Shown here one piece after another: positions 14,901-27,939 of a stretch of DNA of 64,000 nucleotides (the first letter of the stretch is position 1; each line of letters begins with the position of its first letter). The notes beneath the pieces are model-generated. The model did not search any database. It saw only the letters and a program-made list of their open reading frames with translations, and had not been told where the DNA came from. Origin of the DNA: Macrostomum lignano (Eukaryota); assembly GCA_002269645.1 (NCBI GenBank), contig NIVC01001765.1, positions 15,121 to 79,120 on the forward strand. The letters run 5' to 3'. Position numbers and translations under genes: made by a program.

Positions 14901-15097
14901 GATAAGAAGCTTCTTCTCAAAAATACTCAGCAATACACGCGCCTTACCCTGTCGTCCTTGGTGAGATAGAACTCGTTCCAGCTGGTCCGATTTGCTCACA
15001 GAACTCTCCTTCGTGAGTGAGCACTACAGTGCGATTGAACTTGCTGAGATCAAGTGCCAGAACTCCACTGTCCGCCATCACGGTTGCTCGAGCTCTG
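5960..15097 (-). CDS. Copy 1 (3' two-thirds, multi-exon) of the giant EGF/FN3-like repeat secreted protein; 5' end lost at the gap
   Basis: Repeated modules (VDRSPPVAGSVID, WSGFESG, FNDPESDI, VDTSPPITGHV, WVGFHDPHSGI, IDLTPPAFDFVHDG) separated by 50-80 bp GT-AG introns; stop after SSVYREVLV at 5960. Confidence 0.9.
6240..6592 (-). repeat. 18-bp minisatellite (aaatgcaaccacaaaccc), about 19 units, in the last intron (6229-6637) of copy 1
   Basis: Direct; donor ACTG/gtaaga and acceptor ccacag/GCAGG join in frame as P-A-L-T-G-R-Q-W. Confidence 0.95.
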
Positions 15098-15901
15098 NNN
15101 NNNNNNNNNNNNNNNNNNNNNNNNNNNNNNNNNNNNNNNNNNNNNNNNNNNNNNNNNNNNNNNNNNNNNNNNNNNNNNNNNNNNNNNNNNNNNNNNNNNN
15201 NNNNNNNNNNNNNNNNNNNNNNNNNNNNNNNNNNNNNNNNNNNNNNNNNNNNNNNNNNNNNNNNNNNNNNNNNNNNNNNNNNNNNNNNNNNNNNNNNNNN
15301 NNNNNNNNNNNNNNNNNNNNNNNNNNNNNNNNNNNNNNNNNNNNNNNNNNNNNNNNNNNNNNNNNNNNNNNNNNNNNNNNNNNNNNNNNNNNNNNNNNNN
15401 NNNNNNNNNNNNNNNNNNNNNNNNNNNNNNNNNNNNNNNNNNNNNNNNNNNNNNNNNNNNNNNNNNNNNNNNNNNNNNNNNNNNNNNNNNNNNNNNNNNN
15501 NNNNNNNNNNNNNNNNNNNNNNNNNNNNNNNNNNNNNNNNNNNNNNNNNNNNNNNNNNNNNNNNNNNNNNNNNNNNNNNNNNNNNNNNNNNNNNNNNNNN
15601 NNNNNNNNNNNNNNNNNNNNNNNNNNNNNNNNNNNNNNNNNNNNNNNNNNNNNNNNNNNNNNNNNNNNNNNNNNNNNNNNNNNNNNNNNNNNNNNNNNNN
15701 NNNNNNNNNNNNNNNNNNNNNNNNNNNNNNNNNNNNNNNNNNNNNNNNNNNNNNNNNNNNNNNNNNNNNNNNNNNNNNNNNNNNNNNNNNNNNNNNNNNN
15801 NNNNNNNNNNNNNNNNNNNNNNNNNNNNNNNNNNNNNNNNNNNNNNNNNNNNNNNNNNNNNNNNNNNNNNNNNNNNNNNNNNNNNNNNNNNNNNNNNNNN
15901 N
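15098..15901. other. Assembly gap (804 N)
   Basis: Run of n; ORFs crossing it are artefacts. Confidence 1.
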
Positions 15902-15919
15902 TCCTAACGATTTTTTCAG

Positions 15920-18900
15920 CACCGAAGGACGATGTTACAATTGACTTCCATAAATCACCAAACTCGGTGAACTATATTAATACTAAACCAGGTAAGTGAT
16001 CCAAAACCATAGCCATCTGATAGCCATACGCTAATGCAGTTATTTTTTCACTGAAATATTCACCTTGTCAGCTCCAAACAGGAAAATCCAGCTTGAGTGG
16101 ACAGCAACAAGCCGCTTCAAGCCCACAATATCCAGTCCGGGTCCTCGCGAACACTTCATCCCACCGTCCGGTTACAAGATCGGCCTTGTGCGAGAAAATT
16201 TTTTTTTGTCTGTCCGGAAACGTGAGTTTCACACACGTGGACATACAGTACCTAGCTATACTTTCGGCTAGGTAAGCTTAGTGCCGCATCTTCATTGCAG
16301 AGAATTTTCCCGACAACTCGATCGGTCCTCTGGAAGAGACTGGGATCAGTCCGTCTAACCCGAAGCTCGCAGAACGCGCCTTTACCGGACAGCTGAACCA
16401 GCTGCCTCCGGCCGGCTGGCAGCTGCAGTCCGGACACTCGCTCAAGTACACGTACTCGGTGTACAACGGCGGCTTCGTCACTGTCGCTGACCTGACGCCA
16501 GAGGAGCCACGCATCCGAGATTTCTCACCGGCAGAGTCGTTTACTCAGGCTGGAACATTCGTGTTTGACTACAGCCTGCCGTACCACTGCACAGTGGCGG
16601 GACACGGAGCTCGACCCTGCACTCAGCCATTCGACCAGCGAATGCTTGAGCTTAGCGAAGCCTTCACCAAGCAGGTATGAGGCTTGAAATGACATGATTT
16701 TGATCGTTGAAACATATCTAAGAATGCGCTAACGTACTTTTATAGAATCAAATCAACGGTAAATTCGGAGGCTGGAGAGACGATCACGCTGGAGTTCTGC
16801 AGTACGACATTGAGCTCAAGCTCATGCACAAAGTCGGAGAGGTGCTGAAGGAGAACGAGATGGCGGGCTCTGAGCACAAAATCATTGATTTGAATGGCGA
16901 GGGCGAGGAAGAGAGACGAAATGGCGGAAACCGAGAGTTCAGTGTTCACTTTGACTTGCCTCCCGACGAGCCGTCGGTCTACACTGTTGTGGTGACGGTG
17001 CGTGATGCGGTCAGGAACTCGATCAAGAATGTGAGACGCAGCAGACGCTTCTTTATCTTTGATAACTCGTCGAGCGTGGAAAGCAGGGACGAGCGCTATC
17101 CTCTCGGTGTAGACGATACCGTCAACAATAGAGGATTGTGGTGGCTTCGACGGCTGGACGGAAACGTCGCGTTCCGATGGACGGACAACCTGATCAACGA
17201 GTTGCACACAGGTCAAGGCTTTCTGCTACCGATCGAGCATGTGCCGGAGTTCTACGGTGACGGCTACGATCAGACTTCCGGACCTCGGAGCATCCACCCG
17301 ATCGACAACGTGCACGGAGTTGTGCGCTTCGCGTCCCAGTTCGGAGTGGACGCGGTCGGTGGTCGCAGTCTGCAACAGCCGGATCAAAGCCGGTGGCTCA
17401 CCACCACCGACATTCACGCCCAGATGCAGAGCTTTCGCTTCGATAGACGAGACGGCGAGTCAGCAAAGTTCTGGGTGATTGGCGAGGATGTGATGGGCAA
17501 CAGCCGTGTGAACAGCTTCCTCATGCACATCGACTCCTCACCTGCCGAGTTAGGGACGCTCAGTCTGACTAACAGAGGCGTCGATGGGCTCGTTGTGCAC
17601 CACAGCAGAAACCTACACAGTTTGAGGTGAGTCCGTTTGAATGCAAAAACTGCTGATATGGACTCGAGTGCCATGACATTTTTGCCCCGTTTGTAGAGCT
17701 CACTGGACCGCGTCCGACTTGCACAGCGGCTTGCACACTGTGCTGTGGGAGATCTTCGACAACCACACTGACGAGATTGTGCAGATGTACTCCAACATGG
17801 AAGGACGGAGACATTTCGACAGTCTCTCGGTAAGAAAGCTTATTAAAAAATGACTGTAGAAACAGGCAAATGATTTGTAAGTGCCGGATTGCTTCCAGCT
17901 GTGCCAAAGAGATTCCGAGAGACCAGACAACTGCTACTGCACTCAAGCTACTGGCTGCTACAACTCATTCTTTGCGGCATCGCCAAACACAAATGCCACA
18001 ACGGAGCACAACCACGATTGCACATTCGACTCACAGTTACAAACGGAGCGGAGTTGGTCGCGAGCAGCGTGATGAAGATTAGCATCGATTTGTCTGCTCC
18101 TCATCCTGGCCACGTGTTCGACGGCGCGCCTGGCGATGAAGAGGTCGACTTCCAGAACGGGCGACACCTAACGGCGCACTGGAGCGGCTTCTTTGATCCC
18201 GAGAGCGGAGTACGAATGTACAGATACGGCTTCGGAGTATCCTGTCAGTCAGAGTCGCAACTCATCCAAGAGACGACGGGTCTTGAGGCGAGCTGGGAGG
18301 CTCCTGGTCCTGGTCGGTACTTCGTCACGGTAGTCGCTTTCAACAACGCGATGGAGCCATCTGCCGCTGTGTGCTCTGACGGAGTCCTGATCACGGATCA
18401 AAGGCCAGAAGTGAGCGAGTGAGCATCGAGAGTCTTCGAGTCCGTCCAGGACTCATCCTGGACGCCAGCTCGCAGGAGCTCTGGTACCTGACCGACCTTG
18501 GTCGCAGACAGAAGCTTCTAAACGATAATGAGACGTGCAGGTAGAGCCAACAGTCTGCTAATTAGCTCCTGTGATCAGAGGTCTTTAATAATGGAAAGCG
18601 TCTCTTTTTCAGAGCTCGAGCAACCGTGATGGCGGACAGTGGAGTTCTGGCACTTGATCTCAGCAAGTTCAATCGCACTGTAGTGCTCACTCACGAAGGA
18701 GAGTTCTGTGAGCAAATCGGACCAGCTGGAACTGAGTTCTATCTCACCAAGGACGACAGGGTAAGGCGCGTGTATTGCTGAGTATTTTTGAGAAGAAGCT
18801 TCTTATCAGAGAGCAGGCACTGCATTTCAGCTGAAACTAAGCTGGATTGCCTCCGACAGTGTTTCCGGACTGAGGCACTCCATCGTGTCAGTAGTGAGCA

Positions 18901-21900
18901 ACGAGGACTCCGTGTCTGATCTTGCCAATCGCGTAGTCACGACACACTCTAGCGAAATTCTCGAGCACATTGATTTGAAAGATGGTCAGCAGATCTACGT
19001 GACAATAGCGGCAGTAAACAGAGCGGGACTGTCGTCAAACATGGTGAGATTTACACTGCAACTTATCTAGACTGCTGCTATGAAACGGTGAATGTTTGTT
19101 CGTATCATTTTAGAGTGTCGGACCACTGACTGTAGACACCAGTCCACCGAGCTTCTCGGGCTCATTGTCCGTCAGTACCAACAATGAGCACTTGTTAGTC
19201 CGTTGGGATGCGGGCGACTTCGTAGATCCGGAGTCGAGTCGCTCGAGTTTGAGATCGGAGTCGGTTAGTGTCTGTCAATCTGTTATCTCATACTGGAGAT
19301 TAAGGCAATGCATCGCTTAGTTCTCATGGTTTAATTTTATAGGCAGCAAGGAGCACTCTACAGACATTGTTCATTTCGAGAGGGTCAAGCAAGGACCTGA
19401 GTGCAGTCACATTCACACGCCAGTGACTTGCGCATCTCTGGAGCTGAGCCAGCTTGACTGGAGTTTAATCGGCGATCACACATACTACGTGTCCATTCGA
19501 TGCACCAATGAAGCTCAGCTAAGAACTGTTGCATTCGCTGAGCCAATTGTACATAACAACCGACTTCCCAGTGTCGGTTTCGTTACTGACGAGGATCCGA
19601 GTATCGACTCGGACTAAATGCTCGGGTAAAGTGGTACTTTGATAGCCTAAAAGATACCAGTTGTGTATTTTTAGCGTGAATTTTGAGTACACGAAGAAAA
19701 CACTGACATGCTCAATTTTAGACACCACACGACATTCAGTATCAGCTGCGATCGGACTCGCTAAGGTCGCGATGGACCGGATTCAAATTCGCAAACGAGT
19801 TCCATGTTTCGGTTGTGGATTCTCAGCACAAGGAGCTCGCATCTGTGACCCTCCCTTCAAATGCAACTCGACATCAGTTTGACGGACTCAAGTTGGATGT
19901 ATTCAAGGCAAGCTTATACACAGTCGTTCGATTCAGACTCGAAATGGTTTCATTCATTCAAATTATGTCTCTTCTGTTTGATTACGCTTCAGACCTACTT
20001 TACTCGAGTAACAGCATCGAATGTGGTCGGAAGCGTCTCTGCAGAGTCAAGCGGTGTTACTGTCGAGTCTCGAGAGCCCCTCCTCGAGTTGAAACCTGTG
20101 AACTGGAGACCCGACAATGATGGGTCGCTGACGGATAATTTCCAAAGCTCTTTGTCCACGGTTGGTTTGAAGTGGACAAAGCCGAAATCACCCCTCGATC
20201 TGCTGTTTCACGACGTCAGTTGGGGTCTCGAGTTGAAGCGAGGAGACGGTACGGTAGAAAAATCATTTCTCCTTGTTTATCTGCAAGTAGACTGAGTTGC
20301 TTCCCGTGTTGACCCACTCGCTTTAGATTGGATCACAGTGGAAGAGTTTAGACGCGTCCGCACTCGGGCGAGACGGTCCTCGTCACGAATTTGCACCTCA
20401 TCGATGGGGCCACTTACCGATCGAGAATGAAGCTCTGTCATGGTGAAGTTTGCTCAGAGGTCGAGACTGCTCCAGACTTTGTGGTCCTGCACACGTCCCC
20501 AGTGGCTGGAGCGTGGAGTGTCAATCTTGAGGCTGACAACCAGACAGTATGCTGAACAACATACTCTGTCACAAATGCATTTATTGCGTCTAAACAAGAA
20601 TATTTTCTTTTGTTTCAGATCACAGTGCAGATGGACGAGTTCAAGCAGCTAGGATCAGCAGGAAGCAGTGTTATCAGCGGATACCAGTGGTCATTGCAAC
20701 ACGATGGTGCCAACATCGTACAATGGACGGAATTGAAACTTGATTCGAGTAACTCGGTAGGTGGCTGCTTCACTTGAAACAATGAAACAATGGTGGTATG
20801 TAGCTACCTCCTAATTTGACTATTTATAACTTTAGACTAAATCTGTATCTCTACCGTGGCCTCTGAAATCGACGAAATGCATCCCTTTTGCGATTCGCTG
20901 CTTCAACAAGGCAGGCCTGTCGACTGTAGACAGTAGAGAGCTGAGAGACTGCAGCGCGTACGACCCGAAGCTGATAAGTAATCCGAATGTGATGGACGCG
21001 ATCGGGCCAGTGAAGCTTGAGAAGAATGACCAATGGATGGTCGATGACGTGGACTACTCAAACTCGAGCGCTCGACTTGCAGCGGTGTGGCCCCAGCTGA
21101 GATATTTGGTGAGAGAACGGGATTCCATTCGAAACAAGCTTTAAAAGGCATACATGCATGGTTACCAAAATAGGATATAATCCTTACAGAACTACGAATG
21201 GGCTGTTCTAGCAGCCAGTGGGACCGGAGGCTCCGGTTACTATGATCGAATTCTGCTTGAGCCGCCAAAACGGCCGACGAGTCACGCGAATGCGATCGCA
21301 GGCGGCTTTACTCGGGATGAGTTCGTGAACGTTCCTGGAGCTCAGCTTCAGCCAGGGACTCGGTATCACGTGTGCATTCACGCTAACGAAACTTTGCTGC
21401 AATTTGAGAAGTTCACTCAGCTGTTGCCTGAGTTGAGCGAGTGCAGCGATGGCGTCACTGTGCTTGGAGATGTAGCAACCGAAGGCAGGATCGCAGTGAA
21501 TGGACGATTTGCCAATCAGATGCTGGTAAGTTGAATGTCGATTTTGCAGTAAGTTTTACAAAGTAGATGTTTTAATGAATTCATTCATTGTTTGCAGTCA
21601 TCTGTGACTGAGTTTCTTCTCGAGTGGTCAGGATTCGAGTCTGGAACGTCTACGGACATGCCGCACGTGACTGACATAAAGTACTACGAATACTGCATTG
21701 GATCATTCGCCTCCGGTTGTGACCTAATCGATTGGAAAAACGTCGGCGGTGCTCGCAGTGTGATTGTGAGTCAGCTCAAGGGAGTCCTTCAGGAAGGTCA
21801 CGTCTACTTTGTCTCGGTGAGAGGTAAGTGAAGAATTGAATTTCGCAAATAAACTACTGAGCTTCTATTGACTTGTGCCTTATGCTCCAGCTGTCGACTT

Positions 21901-24900
21901 CATCGGTCGCGAGAGTCGGTCAAAGCCCCGGTCGATCCGAGTGGTGCTGCACGGTCCTAAGTCCAATCACTCAGCAGCTATCTCTGTGGGTCTGCGGCAT
22001 GTAATCTCGAACAGCAATGGCCAAGAAGTGTGCTGGAACGGTAGATTCTCTGACCCCGTCGCGGGCATTCGTCGCTACTGGGTCGGTCTCGGATCTTCGC
22101 CCGGTCGTCCTGATGTCATTCCGTACACTGAATCAGATGGCGAGTGTGTTTGGTGGACAACCAAGCAGCTGTCATACTCCAGAGACGGACAGCACTACTG
22201 GGTGCTGCTGAGAGCTGAGAACTTTGCCGGACTTATATCGAGCGACCACTCGAAGCCAGTGCTCGTAGACAGAAGTCCACCAGTAGCTGGATCGGTGATC
22301 GATATCGACCCGACCGTATCAAACAGCACCGATTGCAACTTTCGGTTCAATATGGACGGCATCTCAGCAAAATGGACCGACTTCCATGATCCTCACAGTC
22401 ACGTGAGGGACTATTCGGTGGCGATCGGATCATGTCCAGGTTGCCAAGACGTGATGCCGTATCTTCACGTCGGTGTTCGACACAGTAAGTCAAACGAAGC
22501 TAATTATGCTCATTACTAACTCTAAACAAAGAATACAGACGTACTTTGCTTACTTCAGGTATAAAGATTGACCACCTGCGTTTGCAACCTGGACAGAGGT
22601 ACTTTGTCAATGTCAAAGGCTGCAACGCGGGGGATCTCTGTTCTGTGGCGTCTTCCGATGGTGTCATTTTGGATTCCACACCTCCGTTGAACGGAATCAT
22701 CTTGATTGGTTCAAGCGACGCAAACCAACAGTACCTGCGATCAAGGTGAGTAAATGTGTTTTAGTAACAATTTTATCATAATGACTTGATACTCTGAAAG
22801 CCACTCATAGCCTAAACATGCATGCTGTACTTTTACATGTGTAGCTCATCGCTAGAGTTTTCGCTATACGGTTTCAACGATCCAGAGTCCGACATTGCAT
22901 ATCACCGTTGGGGAGTCGGTCGCGAAGAGTCTGACTCGCCGGATGTTATAGCCTGGATCAAAACTTTCGAAAGGAAGTTTGTGCGACACTATGGAAGCTT
23001 GCCAACGGGCATACGTCTAAAGGTGTTTGTGGAAACTGTGAATAAAGCAGGTGAGCGGCGGGCATGACGTAATCATAGCGTCGATCGTGCTAAACTTTGC
23101 TGAATATTTGAACAAAATTTTTACAACCATTTAGGTCTTACGACATTGACTGAGTCGAGCAAGTTTCTGATTGACGACACACCTCCCGAGATCGAGACTG
23201 CTCTTTCAGCAAGCGAGACTTTCGGTCAGATTGAGCCGAACTGGCTCGTCCTGGACGACATCATGGTGGTAGAGTGGAGCGTCTTTGACAAGGAGAGCGG
23301 CATCAAAGAACACTGGATCTCTCTGTCTAACCATGATAACGGACGAGTGACGTTCGAGCCCGTAAAGGTATCTGACCTAGTTTTGCAGCTGATTTATTCA
23401 ATTTTTAGACGTAAACTAATGCTGCGCACCTCTTGTTGACATCGCAGATTCCTGGTCTGCTGAGCAACTTTACATTCGGCGATCTCGATCTGAAAGACGG
23501 AGCCAACTACACTGTTCACCTCGTGTCGTGCAACCTGGCGGACGCATGCACTCGTCAGACGGCCTCAGTGGCTGTGGACACTTCGCCTCCGATCACAGGA
23601 CACGTAGCCGCCGAGACAGAGTCGGCCGTGCAGCTGGGCAGACACATCGAGGATGGCCTCACTTGGGACGGAAACGAAGTCAACATCAGCTGGGTTGGAT
23701 TCCACGATCCTCACTCGGGAATCAATCGCTACACCATTCAGATGGGCACAACATGGTTCGGATCGGAGCTTTTGTCGGTAGGTTGTGAACCACAAAGAAT
23801 TTTAAAGTTACCGCGAAATAGTTATCACAAAACTGCATTGCCTGTTTTTGTTATTTAGGTCACAGAGGTTCCGCACAGTGACGAAGGAGTTGGTCTACCG
23901 CTGAATCCTCACGAAGGTCCAATTCAGATGGCCAGCTTTGAACTGAAGAGAAGTCTAACTGAGGGCACGTCCTTGATTGTGCACATTGTTGCAGTCAACA
24001 AGGTAATAGTCAGTTGGATATTTACTGTGAAGCTACTATTTAAACTTGAAAGTGTGTAATTTGCTGATTCAGGCCGGTCTCCACAGTCAACCAGTTCAAG
24101 CGGCATTGTCCGTGCTGGAAAGTGGTCACTTGTGGCTCCTTCGTCGGTGTGCTGGCGCAGCTACTTGCTACGGGCACTGCTCGTGCGCTCCGCAGCATCA
24201 GACCTGCCGAGGAACTGAGTGTCGAGCCGTCGATGTAGTGGATAACGTCGACAACGAAGTAGAGGTTCTAGATGTGTCCGCCTTCGGTCCTCGAGGAGAA
24301 TCTCAAACTGATGCAGAAACAACTCCGACTAGGTCTCTGTTGGCAGCGACTTGGCGAGTCCGTCGAGCAATGGGACGACCACCTGTTCGTTATGAAGTGA
24401 GTGCAGGTCTGGCTGAGTACAGTGAGCCGAAGGGTATCTACGACGCTGTTCACGAGCGTGTATGGCATGACGTCGGTCTAAGGACGTTCTTGGCATTGAA
24501 TATCACAGCTGGGCGTCGCCTCAATGTATTTAGATCATACAAGGTGTTTGTTCGGGCTTGGTTTGATCACAACACGTACGTCGTGTTCAGCTCGGACGGT
24601 GTACTGGTCAACCCGACCTTTCCGCGAGTGAATCGACACTACGGTGTCGGCGTCAAGGACCTGTTGTCACCAGATAGTCGACGGGATACCGATTTCATAA
24701 CCAGTAATGACAGTCTGACTGTAGGGTGGCGAAATAAGTTCACAAGTCTAAACGAAGCAACGCCGCTGACATTCCGCGTGTCTATTGGCAGTGAGATCGG
24801 AATGGACGATGTTGCAAACGTCGTCATACCACCTGGAAACATCACCTATACATTCAATGGGCTGCAACTTGAGCCAGGTCAACGGTACTTTTCTACCGTG

Positions 24901-27900
24901 ACCGCTCTCGATGAGAACGGACTCTCTGTTTCGGTATCATCTGATGGGTTCATACTGGACTTGGATAATCCGTCTACAGGATTGGTGTTCAATAGTATTG
25001 GTAAGTTGCCTATGTCAACCCAACGTTATTTATCTAAACTATTTATAGTATTATCCTAAACAAGTTCAATCAAGATAAACAATTTCTCACAGGTCACAGC
25101 AACTCAAAGTACTCCAGCGACCAAACGACTCTGTCATGCAGTTGGCACAGCTTCTTTGATCGAGAATCCTACATCAAGTCGTACTCTGCTTGCATTACTT
25201 CCAGCACTGATGCCAGCAAATGCGACATCGCCGACTGGAAGAATGTTAAGTTCGAGCAGAGAGCTACTTGGAAAGGACCTTGGCATCATGGAAGCACCTA
25301 TTTCTGCCGTGCAAAGGCGGTCGACGCGGCAAATCGCAGCTCAGAGTCAATCACTTCTCCTGGAGTGACTATCGACACGACACCGGCTATTGCGGCCAAC
25401 CGCATTGGACACCGGCCGATTAATGTCGGTAACCCGAGCTTCGAAGAAGGAGCGCTCCGACCTCCGAGCTCAGCGCCACTCAGCCACATAGTTCTAGCTG
25501 GACTCGAGTCTGTTTCGCCACGCTGGACTTTGCAAGATGGTCGAGCGATCGCAGTCCGCATTGGACATTCCATGGCCGTGGACGGAGAATCTGTGCTGCT
25601 GCTGTTCGGTCGGGTATCGCAGACTTTGACAACCGAAGCTGGACGTCGATATCGGATGCAACTGTTTGCGTCTCATCTTCCCGTCTCTGACCCGCTTTCA
25701 GTTACGGTCGGCGGTCTCGTCTCGGGTCCGGGAATGCTGCAGACGTTCCGGTTGTTCACCGATCTAGGCGGAGTGAGCTCCGGTGTAGAGTGGCACAAGC
25801 AGATATTCTACTTTACTGCCGAGTCAGCGGAATCAACCGTTTCCATTGAGTCTCTGTCACCTCACACCGGTCTGGGTGAGTTTCCTCTCCTTAGTCATTT
25901 GTTTCATTTGTTTTGCTTATGCTTTAGTTTTTGCCCCTTTACAAAGAGTTTAATATCAATCTTCAGCCATCGACATGGTCTCAGTATCCGTGCTCAACGT
26001 GGGAATTTCTGACTACAACTCAACGGCTGCACCCGTTCATGTGGACTCGGTGAGCGTCAGAGACAGCGGCACTGTGCACGCCAGTTGGGACGTCTCTGAT
26101 TCCGAGAGTGGCATCAGCGAAGTTCTATGGGCCATCGGAACAGTTCGTGGTGGGACGCAGCTTCTGCCGTTTACTCAGCTCGGACCGGCCAACGAGGCAA
26201 AGGCGGATGTGAGGCTCACTCACGGAATCAATGTCTACGTGTCGGTGCTGGCTATCAACGGTGCCGGAATTCCGCGACTCTTCCACTCGCAACCCGACCT
26301 GATCGACTTGACTCCACCGGCCTTTGACTTTGTGCATGACGGAAGCTCAAGCGCTGGCCACACCGATCTGCAGGAAAATGCGCGCGAGCTGTCCGTTCGA
26401 TTCGGAGTCGAGGATCCGGAGTCGGGTCTGAGCGAGTGCTTCTGGTGCTCGGGAACTTCTGCAGCAACCTGCGACGTAGCGGAGTATGTGAAGCTGGCAC
26501 AGGGCCAGCTGTCAGCAACACGGCTCATCAACGAGCCCGAGAAGCTTCTCGGCCAGCGAGTGTTCAGCTTGGTGAGGTGCTCGAACGGAGTCGGACTGGT
26601 GACTACAGGGTGAGTCACAGTCGGTTCAGAGGTGCATCGCAGCAGGATGACATGCTCAAAACTCGAATACCATTTCAGCGTATCAGCAGGCGTGCTCATC
26701 TACAACGGAGCTCCCGATGCGGCACACGTGAAGCTGCGACTGCTCAGCACCTCTGTCACGCCATTCGGTCAAACGAATTCCGTGCTCGGTAACGCCACAG
26801 ACCTGCAGCTGAGCTGGAGCGGCTTCACCGATCGAATTCCGATTCGGGACTACGATATTCGACTGAGAGAAGTGACTCGAAACGCTGCAGTGCCGGACTG
26901 GACTCGGGTGAAGGGCGCCTTCGTTCAGGCGGCAGCTTTGCACGGTCTGTCGCTAGCGAGCGGGCAGCGCTACCGAGCTGAGGTGCGAGCCGTGAACGCT
27001 CTGGGGAAGCTGAGCAGCATTGTTGAGCGCGAGTTCTCGGTGGACTCGCAGTTTCCAGCGCTGACTGGTAAGAGTGGACATTGTGACTTGTTTTCAATTC
27101 CGAGTTCGACCCGAAACGCAACCGGGAACCCAAATGCAACTACAAACCCGAATGCAGCCACAAACCTAAGTGCAACCACAAACCCAAATGCAAGCACAAA
27201 CCCAAATGCAACCACAAATTTAAATGCAACCACAAACCTAAGTGCAACCACAATTTTTATTAGAGGCAGGGGGGTTTTGTGCACCCTGGCGCACTTTAAG
27301 CGACATAGGCACACAACCGGCGAGAGGCATTACGGCCCATTCCGCCGACTCCCCTGAGCAGGCATACAAGCGCGCGGATGCGTACGCAGGCAGACACTCA
27401 CACAGGAGTGTACAGCGGCCCTAACTTTATTTTATCGTTAGGCATGTACACTTTACTGCGCCTTAGGGGGTTGGCCTTCAAGGCCGTTAATTACACAAGC
27501 AGAGCCAAGCCGAGATTCCAATTCAGCCCCAAATTAATGTGACTGCACTTGGAATCGAACCTGGGTCGCTGGCACACCAGAGCAGCCGCGCTACCGCTGG
27601 GCTACGGCCCTCCAAGTGCAACCACAAACCCAATTGCAAGCACAAACCTAATCCGCAAACCGCACCACAGGCAGGCAGTGGCAAGTCAGCTTCGACCCCG
27701 CTAAGCGCCAGCTGCTGTTGGACTGGTCCGGGATGTTCCGCTCCGACAGCTCGCTGTTGTTCGAAGTGACGGTCGAGACCAAGCCGGCAGCTGGCGACCT
27801 TCAGCGCTGGCTGGAGACCCGCGAGCCGAGTCTGCTGCTGAAGGCCATCGACCCGGGCAAGCAGAGGCTGTTCGTCAGGCTTTCGGCCATTAGCGAGGCC

Positions 27901-27939
27901 GGCCTGGCTTCGTCCGTCTACCGGGAGGTGCTTGTTTAG
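15920..27939 (+). CDS. Copy 2 (multi-exon, first exons missing at the gap) of the giant EGF/FN3-like repeat protein
   Basis: Colinear with copy 3 from 45710 onward; same exon-intron layout. In-frame TAA at 19615-19617 (TCA in copies 1 and 3) and a few indels, so it may be a pseudogene or contain sequencing errors. Confidence 0.9.
27115..27660 (+). repeat. 18-bp minisatellite in the last intron (27068-27670) of copy 2, interrupted by a SINE
   Basis: Units aatgcaaccacaaaccca on both sides of a foreign ~360 bp insert. Confidence 0.9.
27254..27613 (-). mobile_element. tRNA-derived SINE (~360 bp)
   Basis: Minus strand starts GGAGGGCCGTAGCCCAGCGGTAGCGCG (A box TAGCCCAGCGG) followed by CCAGGTTCGATTCC (B box) and ends aataaaaatt; flanked on both sides by aagtgcaaccac(aa) (TSD-like, inside a repeat); absent from copies 1 and 3. 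Confidence 0.8.

Noticed and set aside
14992-15999. Long ORFs spanning the gap
   Set aside because: Made of translated Ns.
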